Assembly (NCBI GenBank): GCA_017934475.1
Contig: JAGBJN010000010.1
Coordinates: forward strand, 11,411 to 75,410
Source: Clostridia bacterium
GTDB taxonomy: Bacteria > Bacillota > Clostridia > TANB77 > CAG-508
Direction: 5' to 3'
Length of the DNA: 64,000 nucleotides
The position numbers and the translations under genes were made by a program. Positions within the stretch are counted from its first letter, which is position 1; each line of letters begins with the position of its first letter. Under the pieces are notes generated by a model, which worked only from the letters and a program-made list of their open reading frames with translations, was not told where the DNA came from and searched no databases. This document shows positions 47,610 through 57,840 of this stretch, in pieces.

Positions 47610-48662
47610 TTGAAAAATATTAGAAATATAGTAATGGTAATAATAGGAACTCTAATAGGTGCAGGATTTGCATCTGGAAGAGAGATATATGTTTTTTTCT
47701 TTAAATTCGGAAAAACAGGAATACTTGGGATAGTAGTATCTGCAATAATAACAGGATTAATAATTTATTTTACACTAAAAATTGCAAAAAAAAATGAACT
47801 AGATAATTATGATGAATTTATAGAAACGGTAAATAAAAAAAATAAAATAATAAAACCAGTAGTAATAGTGTTTTTATTAATTTCTTTTTTTATAATGATA
47901 GCAGGATTTTCAGCATATATAAAACAAGCATATAAAATAGAAATATATATTTCATCCACAGTTTTTGCATTAATTGTGTATTTTATACTAATAAAAAACG
48001 TACAAGGAATGTTAAAAATTAATAATTTTTTAGTTCCAATAATAATAATTTTAATTATATTTTTAGGAATAAAGAATTTACCATATATTTTTTCAAAACC
48101 AAATATAGTTAGTATTTCAGAAAATGGATATTGGTTAATTTATAGCATTCTATATGCAAGCTATAATAGTATAATACTAGTTCCTGTAATTGTTACTTTA
48201 AAAAAATATATAAAAAATAAAAATGAAATAAAATACATATCAATAATAAGTGTAGGAATAATAGTTACTCTTTCATTATGTATATTTGGGTTATTATTAA
48301 AAGCAAAATTTAATATAGAAAATGTTGAGATGCCGATACTTGAAGTGCTTAATGGAACAAAATTAAAAAATGTTTATGGAATAATAATTATAATGTCAAT
48401 TTTTACTTCAGCAATATCAGTGGGGTATAGCTTTTTAGAAAATATAAGTACAGAAAAAACATATAAAAGAAATTTAATTATTATTTGTGTATTAGGTATT
48501 TTAGTTTCAAATATAGGATTCTCTAATTTAGTATCAATATTATATCCAATATTTGGTGTGTTAGGGCTTGTGCAAATTTACTATATTTGTAAAAATGCAC
48601 TTGAAAAAAAAGCCAATAAATGCTATAAATTAAGTAATAAAAAATGTGGGAGAATCAAATGA
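47610..48662 (+). CDS. YkvI-like polytopic membrane protein
   Basis: TTG start, IGAGFASGREI near the N-terminus, about 10 TM segments. The family call is from memory. Confidence 0.55.
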   Translation: MKNIRNIVMVIIGTLIGAGFASGREIYVFFFKFGKTGILGIVVSAIITGLIIYFTLKIAKKNELDNYDEFIETVNKKNKIIKPVVIVFLLISFFIMIAGFSAYIKQAYKIEIYISSTVFALIVYFILIKNVQGMLKINNFLVPIIIILIIFLGIKNLPYIFSKPNIVSISENGYWLIYSILYASYNSIILVPVIVTLKKYIKNKNEIKYISIISVGIIVTLSLCIFGLLLKAKFNIENVEMPILEVLNGTKLKNVYGIIIIMSIFTSAISVGYSFLENISTEKTYKRNLIIICVLGILVSNIGFSNLVSILYPIFGVLGLVQIYYICKNALEKKANKCYKLSNKKCGRIK

Positions 48663-49852
48663 AAATAATTGGAATAGATGAAGAAGAGGAAGTTAAGAAA
48701 AAAGTCCTAAATCATAAAAAAATAGTTATTACAATTGCAGTTGTACTTATTACATTAACATTAATAATATTTTATTGTATATATTTAGGAAATAGAGATT
48801 TTAGAGAATTTACAGATAAGTATTTATTTATGAAAAATGTAACTGAAAATAATTTAGTATCAATTGCATTAGAAGAAGGAGAAGACAACTATGTGTATGC
48901 TTATGATAAGTATGTAAGTATACTTAGTCAAAATAGATTAGTAGGATACAATAAACTTGGAAACAAAGAGTATGAACTTAAAGTAGAAGTTTCAAATCCA
49001 ATATCTGATTCAAATGGAAGATTTCTAATAATTGGAGAAAAAGAAGGCAAAAAAGTATACTTAGTTTCTGGAAATAATATAGTTTGGGAAAATCAGCTAG
49101 AAGGAAATATATCAAGGGTATCAGTTAATAAAAATGGATATGTATCAGTAATTTTAACAGGGACAACATATAAATCAATAATTCAAACATTTGATAATAA
49201 TGGAAAAGAATTATTTAAAACATACTTATCAAGTTCATTAGCAATGGACAGTGATATATCAAGTGACAATAAATATTTGAGTTTTGCAGAAGTTAGTACA
49301 AATGGTACATTAGTTCAAACAATAGTAAAAACAATATCAATACAAAAAGCACAAGAAAAACCATCAGAATCAATAATTCATGCTGTATCAGTTCCAAGTG
49401 ATAAGGTTCCTTTAAACTTAAAGTATCAGGATTCAAATAAATTAATATGTATGTTTAATGATTCAGTAGAATTAATAAAAGATGATGAACATCAAGAAAT
49501 AATGAATTTAACAGAAAATGGTAAGAAGATTACATATGGTGGAGCAGAACTAAACAATAGTATATTTAGAGTAGTAGAAAAAAATACTTTCTTAAGTTCA
49601 GAAACAACAATAGAAATACAAAATACAGGAAGTGGACAAGTAAGCCTATATATACTTGATGGAACAGCGAAAGAAGTATATTCACATGATAATACAATTG
49701 CATTAAATTTAGGAACTGAAGTACACTTTGTAGGTTCAAATGGATGGCTTCTAAAGAAATATACATCAAATCAAGATGTAAAGAAAATTGTTATAAATAA
49801 TGATTTTGCAGGAGTAATTTATAAAAATAAAATAGAAATAGTTGATTTATAG
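48659..49852 (+). CDS. hypothetical membrane-anchored protein (DUF5711-like)
   Basis: ATG after GGGAG overlaps the upstream stop. One TM segment, then a repetitive beta-rich region. Confidence 0.55.
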   Translation: MKIIGIDEEEEVKKKVLNHKKIVITIAVVLITLTLIIFYCIYLGNRDFREFTDKYLFMKNVTENNLVSIALEEGEDNYVYAYDKYVSILSQNRLVGYNKLGNKEYELKVEVSNPISDSNGRFLIIGEKEGKKVYLVSGNNIVWENQLEGNISRVSVNKNGYVSVILTGTTYKSIIQTFDNNGKELFKTYLSSSLAMDSDISSDNKYLSFAEVSTNGTLVQTIVKTISIQKAQEKPSESIIHAVSVPSDKVPLNLKYQDSNKLICMFNDSVELIKDDEHQEIMNLTENGKKITYGGAELNNSIFRVVEKNTFLSSETTIEIQNTGSGQVSLYILDGTAKEVYSHDNTIALNLGTEVHFVGSNGWLLKKYTSNQDVKKIVINNDFAGVIYKNKIEIVDL

Positions 49853-49864
49853 AGGAGGTAAAAT

Positions 49865-50527
49865 ATGGCGATAATTATAGATTTAATTATAGTAGCAATT
49901 TTAGCAATTTCAATAATTATAGGTTATTACAAAGGATTAACAAAAAGCTTAATTAGAATATTATCATTTGTAGTAGCAATAATAGTTGCAGCAGTGTTTT
50001 TTAAACCAGTTAGTAATTTGGTAATAGAACATACAGAAATAGATGATCAAATAAGGTCCTCAATAGTTAGTTTAGTTCAAGATGAAGTAAAAGAAGATGG
50101 AGAAGTAAAAGAGGAATCAAATTTACCGAATGCTTTAATCGATTATATAAATCAATCTATAGAAAATGCAGTAACAGAAACAAAGGAAGCTATAGTTATA
50201 AATGTAGCTGACACTTTAACAGAAACAATAATAAATGTAGGTGTTGCTATTTTACTATTCATAATAACAGAAATAATTCTTTTAATAGTAAGTATTGCAT
50301 CAGATTTAATTACAAAATTACCAGTAATAAAACAATTTGATAAAACAGGTGGTGTAATATATGGTATAGTTAGAGCTTTAGTTTTAATATTTGTTATACT
50401 TGGAGTATTTTCATTAATTAGTCCACTAATAGAAGGAACAGGAATAATTGCAATGATAAATAAATCATTTATCGGAGGCTGGTTATACAACAATAATTTA
50501 ATATTACAATTAATATTCAAAAAGTAG
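49865..50527 (+). CDS. cvpA: CvpA-family membrane protein
   Basis: N-terminal IDLIIVAILAISIIIGYYKGL pattern and four TM segments. Confidence 0.65.
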   Translation: MAIIIDLIIVAILAISIIIGYYKGLTKSLIRILSFVVAIIVAAVFFKPVSNLVIEHTEIDDQIRSSIVSLVQDEVKEDGEVKEESNLPNALIDYINQSIENAVTETKEAIVINVADTLTETIINVGVAILLFIITEIILLIVSIASDLITKLPVIKQFDKTGGVIYGIVRALVLIFVILGVFSLISPLIEGTGIIAMINKSFIGGWLYNNNLILQLIFKK

Positions 50528-50675
50528 AAAAGAGCACGTATGGAGCATTTTAATAAGGACAAACTAGAAAAACATAATAGTCAATAATGATTTTAGAAGG
50601 TGAGTAAAAAATAATTACTCACCTTGAATTATATTGTAATTATCTTGATCGTAATATCAAAATATTGCGAGCATA

Positions 50676-51269
50676 TTACCATTCAACGATATTTAAATTA
50701 TCAAATCTTTCGTTCCAACTCATAGCTTTTTTATCATATATTTCTTTAGTATTGTACTTATGTTTAATAGGTCTAATTGTTTTACTAAAAATATCACTTA
50801 AGCCATATGGTGCATATATTTTTAGTTCATCATGTCTTTTTGTTATTCCAATGGCATGCACTGTTGCAATCCATTTATCAATTGCATCTTCAGAACACCT
50901 ATATGGTTCTACATCGATATTGAATTTTTCTTTTTTCCACAAATGCATCCTTGCTTCATTTGATACATCTATTTCATATTTATATCCTTTATTCTTGCAA
51001 AAATCATTAATTAAACTATAGTATTTAATATCTGTATCTATAGATAAATCTTTATCATTATAGTAGATAACATCTATATCTTTTATATTGTAATTTAAAT
51101 CTTTTTTATCATAAAAATTCCATATTGTTTGAAATACACTCCCTGCTGCTATATAAAAGTTTGGCAAATTTAGTGTTTCTATATAGTCTAAAACATCCAT
51201 TAATTTTTTATTTTCTTTAAGAATTTTTATTATTCCTTCATTTTGCTCATAAAGTGATTTATATTGCAT
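50676..51269 (-). CDS. nucleotidyltransferase-family protein (NTP_transf_6/DUF925-like)
   Basis: FYIAAGSVFQTIWN ... DIDVIYY pattern. Confidence 0.55.
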   Translation of the reverse strand: MQYKSLYEQNEGIIKILKENKKLMDVLDYIETLNLPNFYIAAGSVFQTIWNFYDKKDLNYNIKDIDVIYYNDKDLSIDTDIKYYSLINDFCKNKGYKYEIDVSNEARMHLWKKEKFNIDVEPYRCSEDAIDKWIATVHAIGITKRHDELKIYAPYGLSDIFSKTIRPIKHKYNTKEIYDKKAMSWNERFDNLNIVEW

Positions 51270-51365
51270 ATTAATCGCCTACTTTCTATAAATATTAAAC
51301 CATACATTTTAATAATTTAATTACATCGGAATATTACTATTTTTCGAACAAATGCATTAAGCAAT

Positions 51366-52244
51366 TTATTTCTTCTCTTTAAATTTTTTGTCTTCAATTA
51401 ATTTCTTGTCATCTATATATTTATAATTTAAAACATTTTCTTTGCTAATAACTGATTTTCCTAAATTTTTCTCTAGGTCATCTCTTGCAACTTTTGCAGC
51501 ATGACCGCCCATTTTTGCAACTTCTCTATTTGCTTTCAGTCCATAAGGTCTATGTTCTTTTGCTAATTCTCTAGTTGCTATTTCGCCCAAATCAGTCAAA
51601 GCAACTTCTATATCTGTCATATTATCTCTTAAAGATTCTTTTCTTATATTTTTATAATCTCTATATTCACTTGCTTTCATTCCAGACCAACTTTGATATA
51701 TTTCGTTAGTTAATATAGCATATTCATAATTTTGTTTTATTCCATTTTCTTTCCATACATCTGTTAATTTCTTTCTATCTAAAATTCCTTTTAATCTTGC
51801 TTCAATCCATTTATCATCATATCCTTGATTTCTGTAATAATCAATAGCACGGTTAACAGCAATTTCTGGGTCAAATACTTCGTCAATTCTTTCCTTTCCC
51901 ATTTGTGCTAACCAAAGTTTGAATGGCTCTGCTTTTGGACTTGGTATTGACTCAATTAATCTTAATATTCCTTTTGTATCTAGTGTATCTGTTAAATAAC
52001 TTTTTCCATCTTTTTGAGATTTCATTTTCAGTTGTACGCATTTTGCGTACAACTCACTTTTTTCTTCTTCTGTCATTCTTCTTTTAAGTGTATTCCAATA
52101 ATTCCTTGGATTACTACTTTCAGTTAATGCACTAATAATATCAATTACACTGAAAAAATATTCTTCTTTTTCACTGTCCCAAATACTTCTAATTTCTTTG
52201 CCTTCGAACAAGTTTGTGATTGTATCTAATTTATTATTATCCAT
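51366..52244 (-). CDS. BRO-N domain protein (phage antirepressor/DinD-like)
   Basis: N-terminal FEGKEIRSIWDSEKEEYFFSVIDIISALTES is Bro-N-like. Confidence 0.65.
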   Translation of the reverse strand: MDNNKLDTITNLFEGKEIRSIWDSEKEEYFFSVIDIISALTESSNPRNYWNTLKRRMTEEEKSELYAKCVQLKMKSQKDGKSYLTDTLDTKGILRLIESIPSPKAEPFKLWLAQMGKERIDEVFDPEIAVNRAIDYYRNQGYDDKWIEARLKGILDRKKLTDVWKENGIKQNYEYAILTNEIYQSWSGMKASEYRDYKNIRKESLRDNMTDIEVALTDLGEIATRELAKEHRPYGLKANREVAKMGGHAAKVARDDLEKNLGKSVISKENVLNYKYIDDKKLIEDKKFKEKK

Positions 52245-52520
52245 ATATTAAAATACCTCCTTGTATTTTTTGGCTATTTGTGACATTTTATCATAAAACA
52301 TGTGATTCCACAATATATTTTACAAACATTTTTTTGCTTTTAAAAATCTTTGCAGTTTGATATCAATTGTTTTATGCCCTCAACTAAGGAGCCCACTGAC
52401 ATCTTTGTAGACAATAGTCTGAAAGTGTCATAGTGGGTTACACACTTTGAAAAAGTTGTGTGACTTCTTCAAAGATTTGCTATAGTAAATACTCCATTAA
52501 GCAAAATAGAAAAATATAAT

Positions 52521-52550
52521 AAAAAAACAGCATAGTATGAACTACACTGT
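52521..52550 (-). terminator. strand-specific intrinsic terminator with no annotated gene feeding it
   Basis: On the minus strand: a 10-bp stem ACAGUGUAGU/ACUAUGCUGU (two G-U pairs), loop UCAU, then U7. On the plus strand the same stem has two C-A mismatches and no U-tract. Confidence 0.5.
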
Positions 52551-52723
52551 TTAAAAGCCTAAGGAGCATTTTATAGTAATTGTCCTTATTTAAGTTCTCA
52601 TTAGTGCTCTTTTTTTTTTAGATTATAAAGCTTAATTATAATTGTTTTACAAAATATTATTTTTTATTGCTATTTATTTATTTTTTTGGTATACTCTTAT
52701 TATGCTATGAAAAATAGGAGTGA

Positions 52724-54109
52724 ATGAAATTGAGAAAAGAAGCAAAAGCTAAAGAAAATATGAAGAAAAAAAGGAAGAAAAGCAAGCTTAAGAAAATTTT
52801 AGGAATATTATTTGTTTTATTAATATTAGGAGGAGCAGGAACAGTTGCTGCAATTTGGATAAAGACGCAAATGACTATTAGCAAATACACAGAAAGCGGA
52901 TTAACTGAAGAAGTAATAGATCCGTTATCTGCAGCTGCACTTGGACTTGATGCAGATAAACTAGCAAAACTTGAAAGAATAAATGTACTAGTTATGGGAG
53001 AAAGTGGTGTTGGAGATGGATACAATCTTACAGACAGTATAATGGTTGCATCATATAATCCACAAACACAACAGGCAGGAATTTTATCTATTCCAAGAGA
53101 TACATATGTTGGTAGAAAAGATAAAAATTCAGCCTCTCAAAGTTATTTACAAAGTTATAAAGTAAATGCAGCATATAGAAATGGTGAAAATATTCCAGAA
53201 ACAGTAGAACTTGTTAGTAACTTAACTGGTGTGGATTTAGAGTATTATGTACTTATAGATACAAGTGCTATAATAGATTTAGTTGATGCTGTAGGAGGAA
53301 TAACATTTGATGTTCCAATAGATATGGATTATGATGATGATACACAAGATTTACATATCCATTTACAAGCAGGTGAACAATTAATAGATGGAGATAAAGC
53401 AGAACAATTACTAAGATTTAGACATAATAATGATGGATCTTCTTATCCAACAGAATATGGTGATAATGACTTAGGACGAATGAGAACACAAAGAGAATTT
53501 ATACAAGAAGCTGCAAGACAATTAATAAAATTAGAGAATGTTCCAAAAGCATTAAGTATAATGGACATAGTATTCAAAAATGTTAGAACAAATATAGATT
53601 TTGAAACAGCCAAATATTATATTCCATATGTATTCAAATTTAATGCTGAAAATATAGTTTCAGATATGGTACCAGGTGTTCCAGAAAAGGTAAATGGAGT
53701 ATGGATTTACACAGCCAATAAAGCACAAACAGCACAAGTTGTAGAAGATTTATTTGCGGATAGGGTATATGAAGAAAATGAAGAAACTACTGAAGGAACA
53801 ACTGAGAATACTGTTGAAGGAACAACTACAACAGATAATGAAGAAAAAACAACAGTAGAATTACTAAATGGTACAGGAAATAAAGAGTTACTTACAAAAG
53901 CAAAAGCTGAATTGAAGAAAGCAGGATATGATGTTACAAAGAGTGGGGAAACATCAGAAACTGAAAAAACGCTTATAATAAATAGAACAAAACAAGCAAG
54001 TAGTGTATCAAAAGATATTAAAGAAACTGTTGGAACAGGAACAATACAAAGTGGTTCTGATAATTCAAAAGTTGATTTTACAGTAATACTTGGACAAGAT
54101 TATGAATAA
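52724..54109 (+). CDS. LytR-CpsA-Psr (LCP) family cell-wall polymer ligase with a LytR_C-like tail
   Basis: TM segment, NVLVMGES...DSIMVASYNPQ...ILSIPRDTYV. A promoter (TTGCTA, 17-nt spacer, TATACT) lies upstream. Confidence 0.85.
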   Translation: MKLRKEAKAKENMKKKRKKSKLKKILGILFVLLILGGAGTVAAIWIKTQMTISKYTESGLTEEVIDPLSAAALGLDADKLAKLERINVLVMGESGVGDGYNLTDSIMVASYNPQTQQAGILSIPRDTYVGRKDKNSASQSYLQSYKVNAAYRNGENIPETVELVSNLTGVDLEYYVLIDTSAIIDLVDAVGGITFDVPIDMDYDDDTQDLHIHLQAGEQLIDGDKAEQLLRFRHNNDGSSYPTEYGDNDLGRMRTQREFIQEAARQLIKLENVPKALSIMDIVFKNVRTNIDFETAKYYIPYVFKFNAENIVSDMVPGVPEKVNGVWIYTANKAQTAQVVEDLFADRVYEENEETTEGTTENTVEGTTTTDNEEKTTVELLNGTGNKELLTKAKAELKKAGYDVTKSGETSETEKTLIINRTKQASSVSKDIKETVGTGTIQSGSDNSKVDFTVILGQDYE

Positions 54110-54150
54110 AAAAATAGGGGCTTAGGTTTAATACCTATGCCCTTTTTATT

Positions 54151-55443
54151 TTACCAATACATATAATCTGTTCTATCTTTAGTTTTCTTTTTAGATTTCT
54201 TTTTCCTTTTTTTATTATATTTTAATAATTTAAATAATAAAAATACAACTAGAATAATAGAACCTGTAGTTAAGATATTACTCATTAAAGTTGATTCAGT
54301 CATATCCTCACCTGCAAGTAAATTTGAAGTATATATGTTTCCATTTATATTGTATGTTATTTTTCCAATCACAGAATTCTTAATAATAGGTGCTTTTAAA
54401 TCAGAAGTAAACTCTATTGTTGGAGTAATACTATTTAAATCTTGATTATTTTTTATTAATACATCAATTTTATCTTGAATTAAAACATCCATATTTTTAT
54501 TAAAAATATTTGCGTTTGAAATTTCAACTTCCTTTAATAAAGCGTTTTCGTTATTTAAATTACATGTTTTATAATTATTAAAAGCATAATCAAATAAAAC
54601 TTTACTATCTAAAAATCTTTCACTTAATCCATTTTCAGTTCTTCCAGATCCTAGAATAACAATAATAAATTCTTTGTCATCTTTTTTAGCAGAAGCAACT
54701 AAACATTCACCAGCTGGATTTGTAAAACCAGTTTTAATACCATTTGCATAAGGGTAATAGTAGTTATCGACTGCATCTCTTTCATCTGGCATAATTAATT
54801 CATTTGTATTTTTAAAAAATCTATCTGCTTCAGGATATAAATTTGTAGCAGGAAGTGTGTATTTTGTTGTAGTAACGATCTTTCTAAATATTTCATTATT
54901 CATAGCATATCTTGCCATAATAGCCAGATCCCTTGGTGTAGTGTAATGGTCATCAGAATGAATACCATTTGGATTTACAAAGTTTGTATTTGTACAACCA
55001 AGTTCTAAAGCTTTTGTATTCATCATCGTAGAAAAGCTATCAACAGAACCTGCAATATGTTCTGCAAGAACAACTGCTGCATCATTTGCAGAAGGAATAA
55101 GTAATAGATGTAATAATTGATCAATTGTAAGTACTTCTCCTTCAACAAGCATAGCATGTGAATATCCTACAGGAACAGAAAAAATAGCATTATGGCTAAC
55201 AGTTGCTGTATCAGTTAAGTTGCAATGTTCTAAAGTAAGAATTGCAGTCATAATTTTAGTTGTACTTGCAGGATATAAAACTTCGTTTGAATCTTTTTCA
55301 CATACAACTTTTCCAGTTGTTGTTTCAATCATAATATAATTGCCAGAATATACATTTACTTCAGATTCTGCAAAAGAATAATTATTAAAAATTGTTATAA
55401 TCAAAAGTAAAGTAACTAAAGCAATTGTAGTAAATTTCTTCAT
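54151..55443 (-). CDS. D-alanyl-D-alanine carboxypeptidase (S11, PBP5-like)
   Basis: ASTTKIMTA (SXXK), SANDAA (SXN), KTGFT (KTG), C-terminal anchor. Start set at the ATG 5 nt after GAGGA. Confidence 0.9.
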   Translation of the reverse strand: MKKFTTIALVTLLLIITIFNNYSFAESEVNVYSGNYIMIETTTGKVVCEKDSNEVLYPASTTKIMTAILTLEHCNLTDTATVSHNAIFSVPVGYSHAMLVEGEVLTIDQLLHLLLIPSANDAAVVLAEHIAGSVDSFSTMMNTKALELGCTNTNFVNPNGIHSDDHYTTPRDLAIMARYAMNNEIFRKIVTTTKYTLPATNLYPEADRFFKNTNELIMPDERDAVDNYYYPYANGIKTGFTNPAGECLVASAKKDDKEFIIVILGSGRTENGLSERFLDSKVLFDYAFNNYKTCNLNNENALLKEVEISNANIFNKNMDVLIQDKIDVLIKNNQDLNSITPTIEFTSDLKAPIIKNSVIGKITYNINGNIYTSNLLAGEDMTESTLMSNILTTGSIILVVFLLFKLLKYNKKRKKKSKKKTKDRTDYMYW

Positions 55444-55536
55444 ATATTTCCTCATTTCAAATTTATTTATTAGTATTTTATGACTGTTATCATATCTTAA
55501 TTACTAGTTTTTTTCAATAGTTTAAGGAGGTGTTTT

Positions 55537-56133
55537 ATGGAAAAACTAAAAATTATTTTAAAAGAAAAATATAAATATTTAATTATTGTAATTGTAATAA
55601 TTTGCACAATAATAGGAATATTTGTGTATAACTTATTACAAAATCAAACAGAAGAAGAATATAATTTCCTAGAAAATGAGAAAGAAGAAAATGTAATAAT
55701 AGAAAAAGTAATAAAAACACAAATGATAAAGGTACATATAGATGGTGAAGTAGTAAATCCAGGAGTAATAGAAATAGAAGAGGGAAAAAGGATAATAGAT
55801 GCAGTTAATTTAGCAGGTGGGTTAACAGAAGAAGCAAATATAAAAAATATAAATTTAGCATATGTGTTAGAAGATGCAATGAAAATACATATACCAAATA
55901 TAAATGATGAGGAAGAAGAAATGCAACAAGAACAAAATTTAAAAATAAATTTAAATACTGCAAGTGTAGAAGAGTTACAAAAATTAGATGGAATAGGAAG
56001 TTCAATGGCGCAAAAGATAGTTAATTATAGAAAAGAAAATGGAAAATTTAATTCAATAGAAGATTTAAAAAATATAAGTGGAATAGGTGATAGCAAGCTA
56101 GATAAAATAAAAAATAATATATATGTTAAATAA
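55537..56133 (+). CDS. comEA: ComEA-family DNA-binding competence protein
   Basis: TM segment, SLBB-like middle region, C-terminal double HhH (INLNTASVEELQKLDGIG...ISGIGDSKLDKI). Confidence 0.85.
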   Translation: MEKLKIILKEKYKYLIIVIVIICTIIGIFVYNLLQNQTEEEYNFLENEKEENVIIEKVIKTQMIKVHIDGEVVNPGVIEIEEGKRIIDAVNLAGGLTEEANIKNINLAYVLEDAMKIHIPNINDEEEEMQQEQNLKINLNTASVEELQKLDGIGSSMAQKIVNYRKENGKFNSIEDLKNISGIGDSKLDKIKNNIYVK

Positions 56134-56152
56134 AAAGAGAGAGGTGTTTATT

Positions 56153-56326
56153 ATGGAAAAAATGTATAAAAGAAGTTTACAAATGATGAAAGAATTAGAA
56201 GAAATGCCAACAAAAGTAGAATGGAATAAAATTGCAAAAGAAAAATGTCTTATGAGTTATGTATCAATTAGTTGCAGGAAAAGAAAGTCTTTTCCTACAG
56301 TATGGAAAGAACTAAAAGAAGATTGA
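56153..56326 (+). CDS. 57-aa hypothetical protein
   Basis: ATG lies 6 nt after GAGAGGTG. No motif recognised. Confidence 0.4.
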   Translation: MEKMYKRSLQMMKELEEMPTKVEWNKIAKEKCLMSYVSISCRKRKSFPTVWKELKED

Positions 56327-56370
56327 ATTAATAAATTTGATGTGATATTATAAGGCAAAGGAGATTAACA

Positions 56371-56964
56371 ATGAGAAAAGAAAAATTAGAAGAATTAGAA
56401 AGAATAATGGAGCAATATAAAACAATAGAAATAAAAAATCTACATCAGGAAGCAAATGGATATATAAAAATAGAAGAAGCAGATTATGTACTTGGAAATA
56501 ATAAAATAATTTCAAGAGATAGATATACTAAAGGGGGAAATGATGCTAGTTGTAGCATAATACTTCCAGTACTTGAAAATGGTGATGTAATATTGGTGGT
56601 ACAACCACGTGTACATACAAAAAATACAGTTACAGTAGAGGCACCGGCAGGGATGATGGATAAGGGAGAAGTTGCCGAAGAAGCGGCAAAAAGAGAATTA
56701 GAAGAAGAAACAGGATGTATAGCAGAACAAATAATAAAAATAGCATCAGGATATGGAGATCCAGGTTCATCATCTGGAATAACAAATCTTTTTATAGCTA
56801 AAAAAGCAAAAGTAGTAAAAGAACAACATTTAGATGAAGATGAATATTTAAGTTTATTTACATGCACATATGAAGAAGCATTAGAATTAATTGATATGGG
56901 ATATATATGTGATATAAGTACAATGTTTATTTTAGAAAAAGCAAAGGAATATATGATAAAATAG
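56371..56964 (+). CDS. NUDIX hydrolase (ADP-ribose pyrophosphatase-like)
   Basis: Nudix box GMMDKGEVAEEAAKRELEEETG. Confidence 0.85.
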   Translation: MRKEKLEELERIMEQYKTIEIKNLHQEANGYIKIEEADYVLGNNKIISRDRYTKGGNDASCSIILPVLENGDVILVVQPRVHTKNTVTVEAPAGMMDKGEVAEEAAKRELEEETGCIAEQIIKIASGYGDPGSSSGITNLFIAKKAKVVKEQHLDEDEYLSLFTCTYEEALELIDMGYICDISTMFILEKAKEYMIK

Positions 56965-57003
56965 TAAAACCAGGAACTAAATGTTCCTGGTTTTTTGAAA
57001 TAA

Positions 57004-57237
57004 TTAATCTACAATTTCACCGGTATATTCCTCCATTGCCCATGAGGCACCACCTGCATAAAAATCTACAGGCTGACAAGCTTTGTATACTTCTTTGAGC
57101 TTGTCATAAGATTCCTCGTCCAGTCCAGCAAAGTTTGCCACTTTTTTTCCGTGAACAACACCGTCTTTAACCTCGGGGTTTTCCAAGATTGCCAGTATGG
57201 TTATGTTTCCAGTTCTCTGTGAAAATAAGTATTTCAT
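57004..57237 (-). CDS. 77-aa hypothetical protein in a G+C-richer islet
   Basis: AGGAGG lies 9 nt before the ATG (MKYLFSQRTG...). The longer ORF start would include the RBS. Confidence 0.55.
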   Translation of the reverse strand: MKYLFSQRTGNITILAILENPEVKDGVVHGKKVANFAGLDEESYDKLKEVYKACQPVDFYAGGASWAMEEYTGEIVD

Positions 57238-57485
57238 GTTGTTAGTCCTCCTGCGCATTGCGCTTACAAAATGTTGATAGTTACTATGATGCAACGAGGA
57301 TAATACAAATTGTTACATCGCATATAATTATAACATATTTACATAAAATAAGCAAATTACAAAGAGGAGATAGAATAATCAGATAAAAAAATATAATAAA
57401 AACGGAATAATAGAGGGATTAATAACATATAATAAGAAAGAAAATACAAAATATTGGAAAAAATCAATATTTATATAGATAATAC

Positions 57486-57514
57486 TTGACAAAAAAAAAC
57501 AATCGTTGTATAAT
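57486..57514 (+). promoter_or_regulatory. consensus sigma-A promoter of tRNA-fMet
   Basis: TTGACA, 17-nt spacer, TATAAT. Confidence 0.6.
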
Positions 57515-57530
57515 AAGACCGTTGATACAT

Positions 57531-57606
<76 letters not shown>

Positions 57607-57614
57607 CTAATACC

Positions 57615-57646
57615 AAGCATTTGCTAAATTCAAGCAAGTGCTTTTT
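57615..57646 (+). terminator. intrinsic terminator after tRNA-fMet
   Basis: 11-bp stem AAGCATTTGCT/AGCAAGTGCTT with one G-U pair, followed by TTT. Confidence 0.6.
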
Positions 57647-57840
57647 CTATGGAAAATTACCCTTGTTGGGAACACTTTGGGAACACTTTATACCTAAATT
57701 GCCCTTAAAATAGCCAATAAATTAGTATAAAAACAAGGGTAACTTTATTCTAACGCATATAAAGATTTGTAAATAGCAAAGCTATTAACACAATCTTTTA
57801 TAATTCCGAAAAAGTAATTAATGTAGAATATCAAAAGAGG

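Noticed and set aside
50665-51021. 118-aa + strand ORF antisense to the nucleotidyltransferase gene. The same applies to 52705-53025(-) antisense to the LCP gene and 50152-50562(-) antisense to cvpA.
   Set aside because: The opposite-strand genes have recognisable family motifs and RBSs. These ORFs do not.
52476-52563. 29-aa hydrophobic minus-strand ORF (MLLRLLNSVVHTMLFFYYIFLFCLMEYLL), considered as a type I toxin candidate.
   Set aside because: The nearest AAGGA lies 13 nt from the ATG, and the ORF reads straight through the predicted minus-strand terminator. I keep it only as a caveat within the intergenic-region finding.
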